From Octopus bimaculoides (taxonomy: Eukaryota), in assembly GCF_001194135.2 (NCBI RefSeq), contig NC_069002.1:9196118-9232038 (forward strand): 35,921 bases of DNA, written 5' to 3'. Shown one piece after another: positions 20,935 through 32,371 of this stretch. The notes beneath the pieces were generated by a model. The model made no database searches, had not been told where the DNA came from, and saw only the letters and a program-made list of their open reading frames with translations. Positions within the stretch are counted from its first letter, which is position 1; every line of letters starts with the position of its first letter. The translations under genes were made by a program, and so were the position numbers.

Positions 20935-21983
20935 CGAGCGAGATCGTTGCCAGTGCCCCTGGACTGGCTTGTGCGGGTGGCACATAAAAGACACCATTTC
21001 GAGCGTGTCCGTTTTCGTGCGGGTGACACGTAAAAGCACCCACTACACTCTCTGAGTGGTTGGCGTTAGGAAGGGCATCCAGCTGTAGAAACTCTGCCAA
21101 ATCAGACTGGAGCCTGGTGTTGCCATCCGGTTTCACCAGTCCTCAGTCAAATCGTCCAACCCATGCTAGCATGGAAAGCGGACGTTAAACGATGATGATG
21201 ATGATGATGATGATGATATATATATATAAATACATATGATGTAGGCACAGGCATGGCTGCATGGTAAGAAGTTTGCTTACCAACTACATGGTTCCAGCTT
21301 CAGTTCCACTGTGTCTTTTACTATAGCCTTGGGCCAACCAAAACCTTGTGAGTGGTGTCGGTGGTGGTGGTGGTGGCAGTGGCGGCGGCCGTCGTCGTCG
21401 TCTCTGATTAAGAAGACCTGTGGTCAGTGGGGGGTCCCTACTATGACCACCTCGTTTATCTCTATATCAGGGCCTATCTTTCAAATATTTTCTTACAACC
21501 ACAACAAAGCCACTACCATCATCATCACAACTATCACCAGTACCAATCAAAGGACCCTGTATGCGGTTTCTCAACCTTGCTAGAAACAACAGTAAATGTC
21601 CCTCAAATTGCACACAACCATTCTAAATAAGAATATAGGCCCTGATAAGAGAAAAACGAGATGGTTGTGAGCAGGAAATCCCTAGATCATAGGTCTGCTC
21701 AACCAGGATTGATCCAATGTGCTAAACATAAGCAGTGATTAGTTTTGATATATATTTGTTGTTTATTTATAATATTTTTTGTAAAAACGTTTATAGTATA
21801 TTTTGCTTTTTTTTTCAACAGACCACTGATGATGAAGTAAAGGAGCTAGGGAAGGAGATCCATGTGCGTTGTGCAAATATGGGCCAGAGGATTCGACTTG
21901 TAACTAATTGGAATCTAAGTGAACAAGACATAGATGATGCCATCAAGAAACTGTGTTATGTTTTCAGTGAAAAAAACCTGTAA
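16137..21983 (+). CDS. THA1: Low-specificity L-threonine aldolase family paralog B (near-canonical copy), 9 coding exons, 365 aa
   Basis: Exons: 16137-16260, 16583-16666, 17822-17910, 18469-18651, 18868-19005, 19501-19556, 19871-20007, 20305-20429, 21822-21983 (TAA); 1098 nt, all GT-AG. Family motifs: [54 protein letters not shown]|[25 protein letters not shown]. Confidence 0.96.
16843..16892. repeat. 18-bp tandem repeat x2.8
   Basis: Unit ACTTTTAATTATATTAGA. Confidence 0.85.
17258..17793 (+). mobile_element. Two copies of a pogo/Tigger-like MITE (about 17258-17436 and 17600-17793) in THA1-B intron 2
   Basis: Shared core CTTATATATGAAGCAAG(A/G)CTGATATCAAGTT. Degenerate ends TACCATATTTTCTCATGTATAA / TTCTACATTCATAAATACAGTA and ...ATGCATGGAGTAAATAAGGTA. 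Confidence 0.6.
20934..21217 (+). mobile_element. Family D element with (GAT)n tail, inverted to the copy at 20570-20770
   Basis: Ends GCATGGAAAGCGGACGTTAAAC(GAT)n. The reverse complement aligns to 20575-20740. Confidence 0.82.
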
Positions 21984-21995
21984 AAGATACTACAG

Positions 21996-22030
<35 letters not shown>

Positions 22031-23018
22031 GTAAATTGTGCGTGCATGTGTGTGTGTGTGTGTATAGGGTGCACCAAGAGTCATGCACAAATTAAGTTCA
22101 CTGACTTATTATATTCCTATCAAAATAAAGAAAATGAAAATATGGACACACACTCTTGTTTCTGTATTAAACCTAATACATAACTCCTTATATCTAACTC
22201 ATCTCTGCAGTTTAGATGTCTATCTATCTATCTATCTCTTTATCTATCTATCTATCTATCTATCTGTCTATCACTCAGTCAATCTATCTATCTATCTATC
22301 TATCTATATATATATNNNNNNNNNNNNNNNNNNNNNNNNNNNNNNNNNNNNNNNNNNNNNNNNNNNNNNNNNNNNNNNNNNNNNNNNNNNNNNNNNNNNN
22401 NNNNNNNNNNNNNNNNNNNNNNNNNNNNNNNNNNNNNNNNNNNNNNNNNNNNNNNNNNNNNNNNNNNNNNNNNNNNNNNNNNNNNNNNNNNNNNNNNNNN
22501 NNNNNNNNNNNNNNNNNNNNNNNNNNNNNNNNNNNNNNNNNNNNNNNNNNNNNNNNNNNNNNNNNNNNNNNNNNNNNNNNNNNNNNNNNNNNNNNNNNNN
22601 NNNNNNNNNNNNNNNNNNNNNNNNNNNNNNNNNNNNNNNNNNNNTTAACACAACCCCACTATTTACTGACTTGTATATATATATATATATATATGCATGT
22701 GTAAATATGTATGTGTATATATGCATATATATATGTATGTGTGTATGTATACCTATAAGTATATATATATTTTTATATCGTTTTGATTATAGCAAATTTA
22801 GACAATATCAGCTGTTGAAATGTTACACATAGCCTTTATTGTTGGCAAACCCTTTATATTGGTACAATCATATATGAATGGAACACATATTCATATGATA
22901 ATTGAATTTATATCTATATTTTATGATTTTAATTAAATATATTTTGAAATTGTCCTCGTGTTATATTTTTTCATATCCATGTACTTAGACACCAAACGTA
23001 CATAATACAAAACATATG

Positions 23019-23201
23019 CAGGGTGTCCATAAATTATCTTTACAACCTCTGCAATTTATCATATTTATTTACTGTGTGCAACCAATGGAACTCACATAAA
23101 AGTGTTCTGATGTTTCTAATAAATCTGTATTTGTTTGCCTATGTTTTCCAATAAACTCTGCTGGATTTTTCAAATTGTAAAGATAATTTATGAACACCCT
23201 G
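23019..23201. mobile_element. Tc1/mariner-type MITE, 183 bp
   Basis: 27-bp TIRs CAGGGTGT(C/T)CATAAATTATCTTTACAA (26/27). TA on the right, TG on the left. Confidence 0.87.
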
Positions 23202-23230
23202 TATGTATGTATATATATATGTATGTATGA

Positions 23231-23610
23231 ACCTGTGGAAGAGGTAGACCCAGGAAGACCTGGGATGAGGTGGTGAAGCATGAACTTAGAACATTAGGCT
23301 TCACCGAGGCAATGAGTAGTGACCGAGACCTTTGGAAATATGCTGTGCATGAGAAGACCCGGCAAGCTAAGTGAGACCATAACCTGTGGCCTTTGCCAGC
23401 GGTGTAGCCAGTCCACTTATACGTACTTTTCCTTCATTGGACATTAAACTCTGCTTGCGAAGACTTGTTGAGGCAAGTGAAATCGAAATCGAAATCGAAC
23501 CAAATTCGACGACTGGCAGCCATGCCAACCTTTCCTTCATTGGACATTAAACTCTGCTTGTGAAGACCTGTAGGGGCAAGTGAAATCGAAATTGTAATTG
23601 AACCAATTGA
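23231..23610 (+). mobile_element. 5'-truncated RTE-clade LINE 3' end (ORF C-terminus plus 3'UTR with 103-bp tandem duplication)
   Basis: 23231-23374 translates as TCGRGRPRKTWDEVVKHELRTLGFTEAMSSDRDLWKYAVHEKTRQAK*, the typical RTE C-terminal GRPR.TW...DR..W motif. CCTTCATTGG recurs at 23431 and 23534. Confidence 0.85.
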
Positions 23611-24442
23611 TAGAATAAATACTAGGCTTACAAAGAATAAGTCCTGGGGTCTATTTCTTCGACTAAAGCCCTTTAATGTGGTGCTCTAGCTTGGCCGCAC
23701 TCAAATGACTGAAACAAATAAAAAAAAAGAAGAGAATATACATCGAATGGCTCTGGGGTTCCACTCGAATAAAATAAGAACATTCAGATTTAATGTATCT
23801 AGAACTATAATATTCATATTGTCCTTGGTCTTTTAAGACGGTAGAGAGTGGACTGAGTGAGAAACGGCCTTCTGAATGGCATGCCTAATGAAAAACCCCC
23901 TTTTCAGTTTCCTTATTAGCAGATCCGGGAACCGAAATATGTCTCAAGTGGTCTGTAATGATTGTTCATGCTCGATCTACCTAATAATTTAATGGTTTTA
24001 TACAGTTGCCTCCCTTGAATATCTCGATTCCCCCCCCTCCTCCTATTAACACAAAGTCATACAGTTTAGGGAAAATATATAATTGACTAAATGAAACGTT
24101 TCTTTAATAATTTTTTTTTTTTTTGAACAATGAGAGATAAAAATAAAATAAAATGAAATAAAATAAACTCTAGTGGAATTTGAACTCTGAGTGTAAAGCT
24201 ACCGAAATTAATCCCATATGTCATTTTCTCCATAACAGTACTATACCGGTTAACATAGCATTAACAAAGCATCATATTACATACAGTTGTTTTTTTTCTT
24301 TTATTAATGAATTGATAATTATTTTTATTATTAAAATATTTATTACATTAAAATAAAACGATTTATTAGATGTAAAAAGAAAGAATAAGAACAAATGATT
24401 TTTTTTTTGCGGGGGGGGGATATAAAATCCGAAACTCTCCTA

Positions 24443-24451
24443 ACCGGAAGT
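24443..24451 (+). promoter_or_regulatory. ETS/GABP-type motif ACCGGAAGT just upstream of PSMD8
   Basis: Exact ACCGGAAGT 34 nt upstream of the ATG; a common motif near housekeeping-gene start sites. Function not shown. Confidence 0.5.
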
Positions 24452-24484
24452 TATCATTTTCTGCTGTGTCACAAGGAGTACAAG

Positions 24485-25288
24485 ATGGTGACTCTGAAAG
24501 AGATTGTAACTATGTATCAGAATTTAAAGAGGGAATGGGACAAAAAACCTCCCAATTTAGACAATTGTGGACAGCTGCTATCTAAATTAAAGATTGCTCT
24601 GACCAGTGTGACGTTTTTACCGACGGACGAAGCTGAACCTTCCAAACAAGAGCTATTAGTCGCACGAGACATTCTGGAAATTGGAGCCCAATGGAGCATC
24701 CTTCGGCAAGACATCCCAGCTTTCCAACGTTATATGGCTCAATTGAAGTGTTATTATATGGACTATAAAGACAACCTGCCAGATTCTAATTACAAATACC
24801 AGTTACTTGGTTTGAATTTACTTTGTTTGTTGTCGCAGAACCGTCTTGCCGAGTTCCACACCGAATTGGAACTCCTACCTGTGAAAGACATCCAAAATAA
24901 TATCTACATTAAACACCCTGTCTCTATCGAGCAATACCTGATGGAAGGATGTTACAACAAAGTTTTTATAGGTAAAGACTCCGTACCGGCCGAAAGCTAT
25001 AATTTCTTCATGAACATTCTGCTAAATACAATTCGAGACGAGATTGCTGCTTGTATAGAGAAGGCCTACGACAAGTTGGCCCTCAACGAAGCTGCTCGGA
25101 TGTTGTTTTTCGAGAGTCAAGTGCCCATCCGTGAATATGCTCGCCAGAGAAACTGGATTCTGTCCAAAGACAGTTATTTCAACTTCAACATTGTCGATTC
25201 TCAGAAGGACACTGAAGATGTTATCCCTGCCAAGGAACTTGCTAAACAAACCATCGACTACGCACGGGAGTTGGAAATGATCGTTTAA
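24485..25288 (+). CDS. PSMD8: 26S proteasome non-ATPase regulatory subunit 8 (Rpn12), single exon, 267 aa
   Basis: Continuous ORF with recognisable Rpn12 sequence ([82 protein letters not shown]). The ATG at 24485 has good context (caagATGG) and matches the family N-terminus. The upstream ATG at 24395 only adds non-homologous residues. Confidence 0.96.
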   Translation: MVTLKEIVTMYQNLKREWDKKPPNLDNCGQLLSKLKIALTSVTFLPTDEAEPSKQELLVARDILEIGAQWSILRQDIPAFQRYMAQLKCYYMDYKDNLPDSNYKYQLLGLNLLCLLSQNRLAEFHTELELLPVKDIQNNIYIKHPVSIEQYLMEGCYNKVFIGKDSVPAESYNFFMNILLNTIRDEIAACIEKAYDKLALNEAARMLFFESQVPIREYARQRNWILSKDSYFNFNIVDSQKDTEDVIPAKELAKQTIDYARELEMIV

Positions 25289-27609
25289 ATCGTTTGGTTT
25301 TACGTATGTAATAAGCAATCCTTAAGTTTTTTTTTTGTTTTTTTTTGCGTCAACTCTATACAGGTGAGTCTGTAAAAAGTAAGGTAATAATTAGTGTCTT
25401 GATAAGAAACACCTACATTGTACAGCTGTGTCCGTCACCAGACAAAACAAATTGCAGTTTAGTACATATGTGAATCATTAAGAAATGTAATTTATATTGT
25501 AAAATCAGGAGTAAAGTATTTCTCGCCCAAATACATTTCACCCCCATCTTTCTTGTTTTCCCCGTTCCACACCACCATTTTCCAGACACTCTTTTNNNNN
25601 NNNNNNNNNNNNNNNNNNNNNNNNNNNNNNNNNNNNNNNNNNNNNNNNNNNNNNNNNNNNNNNNNNNNNNNNNNNNNNNNNNNNNNNNNNNNNNNNNNNN
25701 NNNNNNNNNNNNNNNNNNNNNNNNNNNNNNNNNNNNNNNNNNNNNNNNNNNNNNNNNNNNNNNNNNNNNNNNNNNNNNNNNNNNNNNNNNNNNNNNNNNN
25801 NNNNNNNNNNNNNNNNNNNNNNNNNNNNNNNNNNNNNNNNNNNNNNNNNNNNNNNNNNNNNNNNNNNNNNNNNNNNNNNNNNNNNNNNNNNNNNNNNNNN
25901 NNNNNNNNNNNNNNNNNNNNNNNNNNNNNNNNNNNNNNNNNNNNNNNNNNNNNNNNNNNNNNNNNNNNNNNNNNNNNNNNNNNNNNNNNNNNNNNNNNNN
26001 NNNNNNNNNNNNNNNNNNNNNNNNNNNNNNNNNNNNNNNNNNNNNNNNNNNNNNNNNNNNNNNNNNNNNNNNNNNNNNNNNNNNNNNNNNNNNNNNNNNN
26101 NNNNNNNNNNNNNNNNNNNNNNNNNNNNNNNNNNNNNNNNNNNNNNNNNNNNNNNNNNNNNNNNNNNNNNNNNNNNNNNNNNNNNNNNNNNNNNNNNNNN
26201 NNNNNNNNNNNNNNNNNNNNNNNNNNNNNNNNNNNNNNNNNNNNNNNNNNNNNNNNNNNNNNNNNNNNNNNNNNNNNNNNNNNNNNNNNNNNNNNNNNNN
26301 NNNNNNNNNNNNNNNNNNNNNNNNNNNNNNNNNNNNNNNNNNNNNNNNNNNNNNNNNNNNNNNNNNNNNNNNNNNNNNNNNNNNNNNNNNNNNNNNNNNN
26401 NNNNNNNNNNNNNNNNNNNNNNNNNNNNNNNNNNNNNNNNNNNNNNNNNNNNNNNNNNNTTTTTCCAGAATCGGATTCTCCATGGTCTGAAACATAGGAT
26501 TCCGTAAAAAAAAACAAAATTTAAAAGGGGGGGGGTATACCCAGATTACATATACTCCATCTGAACCATTCGGAGATTGTCCGTCCAATTTTGTTCCTTA
26601 TACTTTCGACATTTCTTGCAAAACTTCATGACAGCGTGGAGTGAGACCAATATTGGTTAGAATGTAATAGCCTGACCATGTCTGAGAAAATTTAGTGTAG
26701 TGGGAATCGCGTCGGTTATATAATACTGTGTAGTCGTATTAGGTATACTGTGAGTTCTGGTAGGCATATGTCGGTTATAATGTATCTATGATCATGTGGG
26801 TTTTAATGTAGCAATGCTATCATTCCTAAGGTACATAGTGGCAACCTTAACCTTTTAAACTGCAGAAATCAGATATATGTCCTTTCAAAATGTCATTACC
26901 CTTAATTGTTGGAAAGCCGTTTTATGTACCTATCTATCTTTTGTTGAGGAATGTCAATTTCATAGAGGCAATACAAATTCTATTTTTCGGTACATATTCA
27001 ACATTATAAATATGTAATTTAATTAGCAATTATTCGATAAAACTTGCAGAAATGTCACTTTTGATCAGAGCTGTTGAGGTACAGCATTCGGTAAATTCCG
27101 TAAAAAAAATTTATTTATTTTTGTGGGTGGAAATTCACATTGTCCTTGAAGGTAGCATAAAGTGAGTGAGAGAGAGGAAATGGAGATGTGCATGTGTTGA
27201 TAGGCNNNNNNNNNNNNNNGGGGGGGGGGGGGGCGAAAACGAAAGATTATCATTTTAATTTTACAGTGAAAGAGTTAAGTCTTGGTTTTGACTGAATATT
27301 TTAACCAATCTCCTGTTCATCTTTGATGTGTGTGAAAGATGTTGCATGAACACTTGCTTGGTAGCTTCAACGCTTCTTCCATTTATTGATAGATTGTCTT
27401 TTATAATGGTTAGCTGTGAAGATAAAAAGGGTTTTGACTACAAAAGTAAATGTCATGATTGATATGACCCTTAACAAAGAATATGAAGAGTAGAATCAAA
27501 ATTTAAAAAAAAATTAAGTCAGATAGACTTAATATAAGGTCATTAAGAATGAAATGTCCAATTTTGAACTAAAGTTTATTTTACTTTATCTCAACAAAAA
27601 CCAATGCAG

Positions 27610-28207
27610 TTAATCAAAGTATGCACCGAAATTATCCGCACAATTTTGCCATTTTATTGGTAGTTTATTTATGCCAGCAGTGAAGAATTTTGGAGAGCAA
27701 GACGTAATGAAATCACAAAAAGCTGTTTTTGCATCTTCAGATTTGAAGTTTTTTTCCTTGCAAAAAGTTGTCTAATGCCAGGAACACGTGATAGTCAGTT
27801 GGTGCAGAGTCTGGTGAACATGGTGGATGAGAGAGTACTTCCAAGTTCAGTTCTTGTAACTTGAGTAGCATTCTTTGTGCAATGTGGTCAAGAATTGGCC
27901 TGTCTCTATTGACCACACTTGGTTGTTTGATTGCAATTTACTCATCATTTCATCCAGTTGGTTGATGTATCCATCTGCTGTAATTGACTTACCAGGTTGC
28001 ATGAAGCTGTAGTGGATGACACCAGTGCTAAACCATCAAGCAGACACCATTAACTTTTTTTACTGAATATTCTTTTTCGGATTGTGTTTTGGCACTTCGT
28101 CTCTATCCAACCACTGTGCAGAATACTTGCTATTGTTGAAAAGAATCCATTTTTCATCATTGGTCATTCTATTGTTGAAAAGAATAATTTTTCATCGTTG
28201 GCCATCT
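27610..28207 (-). pseudogene. Degenerate mariner (DD34D) transposase remnant
   Basis: Minus strand gives DEKWILFNN...IHYSFMQPGKSITA...HPPCSPDSAPTDYH...WQNC...GAYFD*. It has in-frame stops, frameshifts and loss of the HDNA segment. Confidence 0.9.
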
Positions 28208-28683
28208 CACAGAGGAGATGACCAACAGACCAAGATGTCTTGAGAAGACCCACTCACCTCAACAAATTGCATTTTGAAAAGGGATGTAACTTTTCAATAT
28301 ATGATGCATGGATGCCACAGAAATATACCCTGTGTATCACAGGATAGACAGAGCAATCAATCAAACAGCAATTTTTTTAATTTAAAAATAGGATTTTATT
28401 AAAATAATGGCTGAGACCAGTTTTACAGAAGGAAGTCATATGTTTTTTTGTTTTTTTTTCTTTCTTTTTATAGATGATCAATATATACATACACACAACA
28501 GCATGGTTGTTTGTTGTGATTAAGAAATTTACTTTCCAAGTATGTGGTTTTTCAATTCAGTCCCACTGTGTGGCACTTTGGGCAAGTGCTGTCTTCTGTA
28601 GCTTCAGGCCAACCAAATCCTTTTGAATGGATTTAGTAGACAGAAACTGAAAGAAGCTCATCGTGTATGTATGTATGTATATG

Positions 28684-28718
<35 letters not shown>

Positions 28719-28812
28719 GTGTGTCTTACAGAAGAGGTGTATACAAAGCTTCTCAGTCTGTGAGGTCAGCATACAAGGTTGACTTGCTCTACGCATATCA
28801 CATGACCATTTA

Positions 28813-28950
28813 TCTATATATATAAAACTGAGAATGTGTGTGTGTGTGTGTGCATCACTAATACTTGAGAACTATCCAACCGATTTCATTCAAATTTTAC
28901 ACATGCCTTACTTAGGGTCCATGCAGTGTCATGAGCCCCCCAAAATTTTC
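28813..28950 (+). mobile_element. Probable non-autonomous Helitron-like 5' fragment
   Basis: TCTATATATATAAAACTGAGAA-(TG)n-...CCAACCGATTTCATTCAAATTTTACAC resembles invertebrate Helitron/DINE-type 5' ends. No 3' hairpin/CTRR found. Confidence 0.45.
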
Positions 28951-30137
28951 AAGCAGAATTGATATCCTAAAACCAAGACGCTACCTAAAAAGCACTGGTG
29001 ATGGTACCATGTAAAAAAAAAGCATCCAGTCTACTTTTGTAAAGTGGTTGGCATTAGGAAGGGCATCCAGCTGTAGAAACAGCCAGAACAGACAATGGAA
29101 CCTGGTGTGGCCCCAAGCCGTCCAACATTGCCAACATGGAAAACAAACTTTGTTGATGATATAAATAATTTTCCTTTCAATTTCCATATAGGAGGGTCTA
29201 ACAGCAATTTTTTTTTTTTTTTTTTTTTACAGTGGACGTAAAAAATGATAATATATGCACATACATTACTTATTATATATGCACATACATATATGTTTTT
29301 TGTGGAACAAACACCTAAAAGAAAATCTATTAACCAATTTAATGCCGAGTTTTATTCTATAAAGAAATACTCCTGCAATGCATGGAAAGTAACAGAAAAA
29401 TTTTAAAAACGAGATAAGAAATATGTTTGAAATTTCATCTTTACTTTAACAATCTTCACTGTGGTGAATTTTGAAAATTTGGATGCAAGATTTAACGTTA
29501 GATGGTAGTAAGTGGATGAAATATATATATTGTGTGTGTGTGTATGTATGTATGTAATATGCACACACAAACATTCACATGTATATCATCATTTAATACG
29601 CCCCCACTTTTTTATGCTGGCATGGGTTGGACAGTTTGACATAAACTGATGAGCTTGAGGGCTGTGCCAAGCTCCAGCTGTCTGCTTTAGCATGAATTCT
29701 ACTCCTTAATGCCTACCGCTTCACATAGTGTGTACTTGGTGCATTTTTCATGGCACCAGCGGCACTAATGAGATCACCAGGTATCCACAAGGAACAGGTG
29801 CCTTGCAGAAGAAGTATACGCATAGCTTCCCTGTCTAGAGAGAGATGGGAGGTCAGGATACAATGTTGATTTGCTCTACACACATCACATGACCCATTTT
29901 ATATTGCAATTATTGAATAAACATCTCTCACTACCAACTGCTAACAAACCTATCAGCATTTCTGAAAAAAGAGTTGAGTTCCTCTCTCTTAGATTTTACT
30001 TGAAAGGCACCAGCTTTGCAGTTTCTTTGCCTTTGTTAACACTCTTCATTAATATATGTTGGTATAGGACACACACATACAGGGCAGTTTTCAATCAGTT
30101 AAACCTCCACTCATGGTTATCGTAGAAGACTGCTTAA

Positions 30138-30344
30138 CCTTTTTGATACTGCCCCTGGCTCTGTAGTACAACTGTCTTGTTTTCAAAAGTTCTGAATTAA
30201 AATCTTCCACCAAACCTCAGTCACAATTTATGTTCCTAACACTAGCTTAATGATAACTAAGTTATTTTACTAAATTCTTTGTTATATTTTAAATTAATTG
30301 AAAGAAACACAGAGCATCTCAACAGAAATACGGTAACAAAAAGG
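30138..30344. mobile_element. piggyBac-type MITE, 207 bp
   Basis: TTAA TSD (30134-30137, 30345-30348). TIRs CCTTTTTGATAC / GTAACAAAAAGG (11/12). Confidence 0.85.
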
Positions 30345-30569
30345 TTAAGGTGTAACACAGTGAGATCAAGCTTAGAACCGTGTGATTAGAAAGTGAATTT
30401 CTGAAACCCAAAACAAGCCTGTGCCCATGAAAATATGCTTAAGTAGTGTCTCGACAATCTCATGAGTTTATGGTACTCTTTTTCAATTTTTGTTAATCTA
30501 TTAAAGAAATTTCAAGTCTTTAAACAATTCCAAACATTAACATTTCTCCACAACACACGCATACTTTAA

Positions 30570-30752
30570 AATTTTAGCATTTAAACTGAAAATAATCTGA
30601 CCCATGGATTCTACTTGTTTATATGTTCAAACTAACCACATCTAGCCTTTCACACCTACCCTACAGTGTCATTCTAAAAATAAATCACAACATGAAAGCT
30701 ACAAAATAATTGTGAATAAATAGGCATTATATTTGACTCTATGCTAAAAGGG
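30570..30752. mobile_element. piggyBac-type MITE with degenerate left end
   Basis: Left end TTTTAGCATTTAAAC; right end TGCTAAAAGGG followed by TTAA (30753-30756). Confidence 0.65.
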
Positions 30753-30844
30753 TTAAGACGATAAACTAAGTAGTTTGTTTTTATATCTGTAGGAAATGTT
30801 TTGCTTTTGTAAGAGGTTTTTAATTGATATACCTCAGGATACAG

Positions 30845-31203
30845 TGGAGGCGCAATGGCCCAGTGGTTAGGGCAGCAGACTCGTGGTTTCAATTCCCAGA
30901 CCGGGCGTTGTGAGTGTTTATTGAGCGAAAACACCTAAAGCTCCACGAGGCTCCGGCAGGGGATGGTGGCGAACCCTGCTGTACTCTTCTACCACAACTT
31001 TCTCTCACTCTTACTTCCTGTTTCTGTTGTGCCTGTAATTCAAAGGGTCAGCCTTGTCACGCTGAATATCCCCGAGAACTACGTTAAGGGTACACGTGTC
31101 TATGGAGTGCTCAGCCACTTGCACGTTAATTTCACGAGCAGGCTGTTCCGTTGATCGGATCAACTGGAACCCTCGACGTCGTAAGCGACAGAGTGCCAAC
31201 AAC
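30845..31203 (+). mobile_element. Full-length family B tRNA-derived SINE with (CAA) tail
   Basis: Box A TGGCCCAGTGG, box B-like GGTTTCAATTCCC, about 360 bp, ending GAGTGCCAACAAC. Confidence 0.85.
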
Positions 31204-32371
31204 ACCTCAGGATTTCTAAAAAAAGAATGAAATAGTGCTATAGATAACCACGAAGAAGTAATTTTGAAGACCTCATAATGGGTAAGTAGCAAAAATTTTA
31301 ATATGTGTATTCTATGCATCTTTATTTGTCAATTTCAAATTTCAAGGCTCTAATCCTACCAGGTTACAAAGAAATGATTATCTCCCTTGTATTAACTGTC
31401 TACTAGAGGGCACCATGTGTTTTAAAAGTAACTTCTGCTTGAAAAGATACGGCACAATATTGGCTTTGACTTTTGGGCACAAGGCCAGCAATTTCAGGGA
31501 GGGGATAAGTCGATTACATCAACCCCAGTGTTCAACTGGTACTTGTTTTAATGACCCCGAAAGGATAAAAGGCAGAGTCAACCTCAGGAGAATTTGAACT
31601 CAGAAAGTAAAGACAGGCAAAATGCCATTAAGTATTTTGCCTGGCCTGCTAACAATTCTGCCAGCAGAAACAGCAATATTAAAATGACTATTTCTAGGAT
31701 TTATTACAGATTATTATTGTTTTTTGTTTTGTTGTACAGTGTATCACAGGTACCTCAGTGTTTAATATTTTTTTTTTATAGAATACATGAACATTTCACC
31801 TCTCTTCTGCTTGCTTTCTTTTTTTTTTCTTTTCTTTTCTTTCATACATACATACAAGACAAGTAATGAAAATAGAAATTTATTTATTCATTTTCTAAAA
31901 TAAAAACTAAAAAAAAAAGTATTCAGAGGAAAAAAAGAAAAACAGTCGTAAATGAACAAAGAATTAAATAAGCAGAACAGGGAGGCTGATGGGGCAACAG
32001 ACTGCAATGAAATGAGTTGGCATTTTCACCCTTCTAAAGTCAGTAAATTTATAGACTGAGACGATTCTATTACGACATTGATGATTTGACATGACTGACT
32101 GGACATCGAAGCTGTTTTGGCAACAGCACTCTTTGGCACTAGAGAGGCAAATTTGATGCAGTCACACAAATATATACATACAGATAGGAAGTGTAAGAGA
32201 ATGAGATATTCCAATACAGGTACAAAACCAACTTTACAGACATTAATGGTTCTGGAACCTTTTATAATCCTCACTACCTGTACCTGCATTGCATTTAACG
32301 TCTATTTTTCCATGCTTAATCATTTCAGTAAATTTGATATTTAATTTTTTAAACGAATTAATATGTAAGAC

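Noticed and set aside
23830-23990. Possible small RNA or divergent first exon upstream of PSMD8
   Set aside because: No snRNA, snoRNA or tRNA motif that I can recognise, and no supporting splice pattern.
24395-24484. N-terminal extension of PSMD8 from the upstream ATG
   Set aside because: Not homologous to Rpn12, runs through poly-T/poly-G and the ETS motif; the ATG at 24485 has better context.
10416-25318. Antisense ORFs over real exons (10416-10628, 18846-19095, 20255-20482, 24517-24714, 25022-25318)
   Set aside because: Shadows of the coding strand with no recognisable domains. The similarity between 10416 and 20255 simply reflects the paralogous exon 8.
25500-27240. Coding or transposase sequence around the 864-N gap
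   Set aside because: No interpretable reading frame or terminal repeats on the sequenced flanks.
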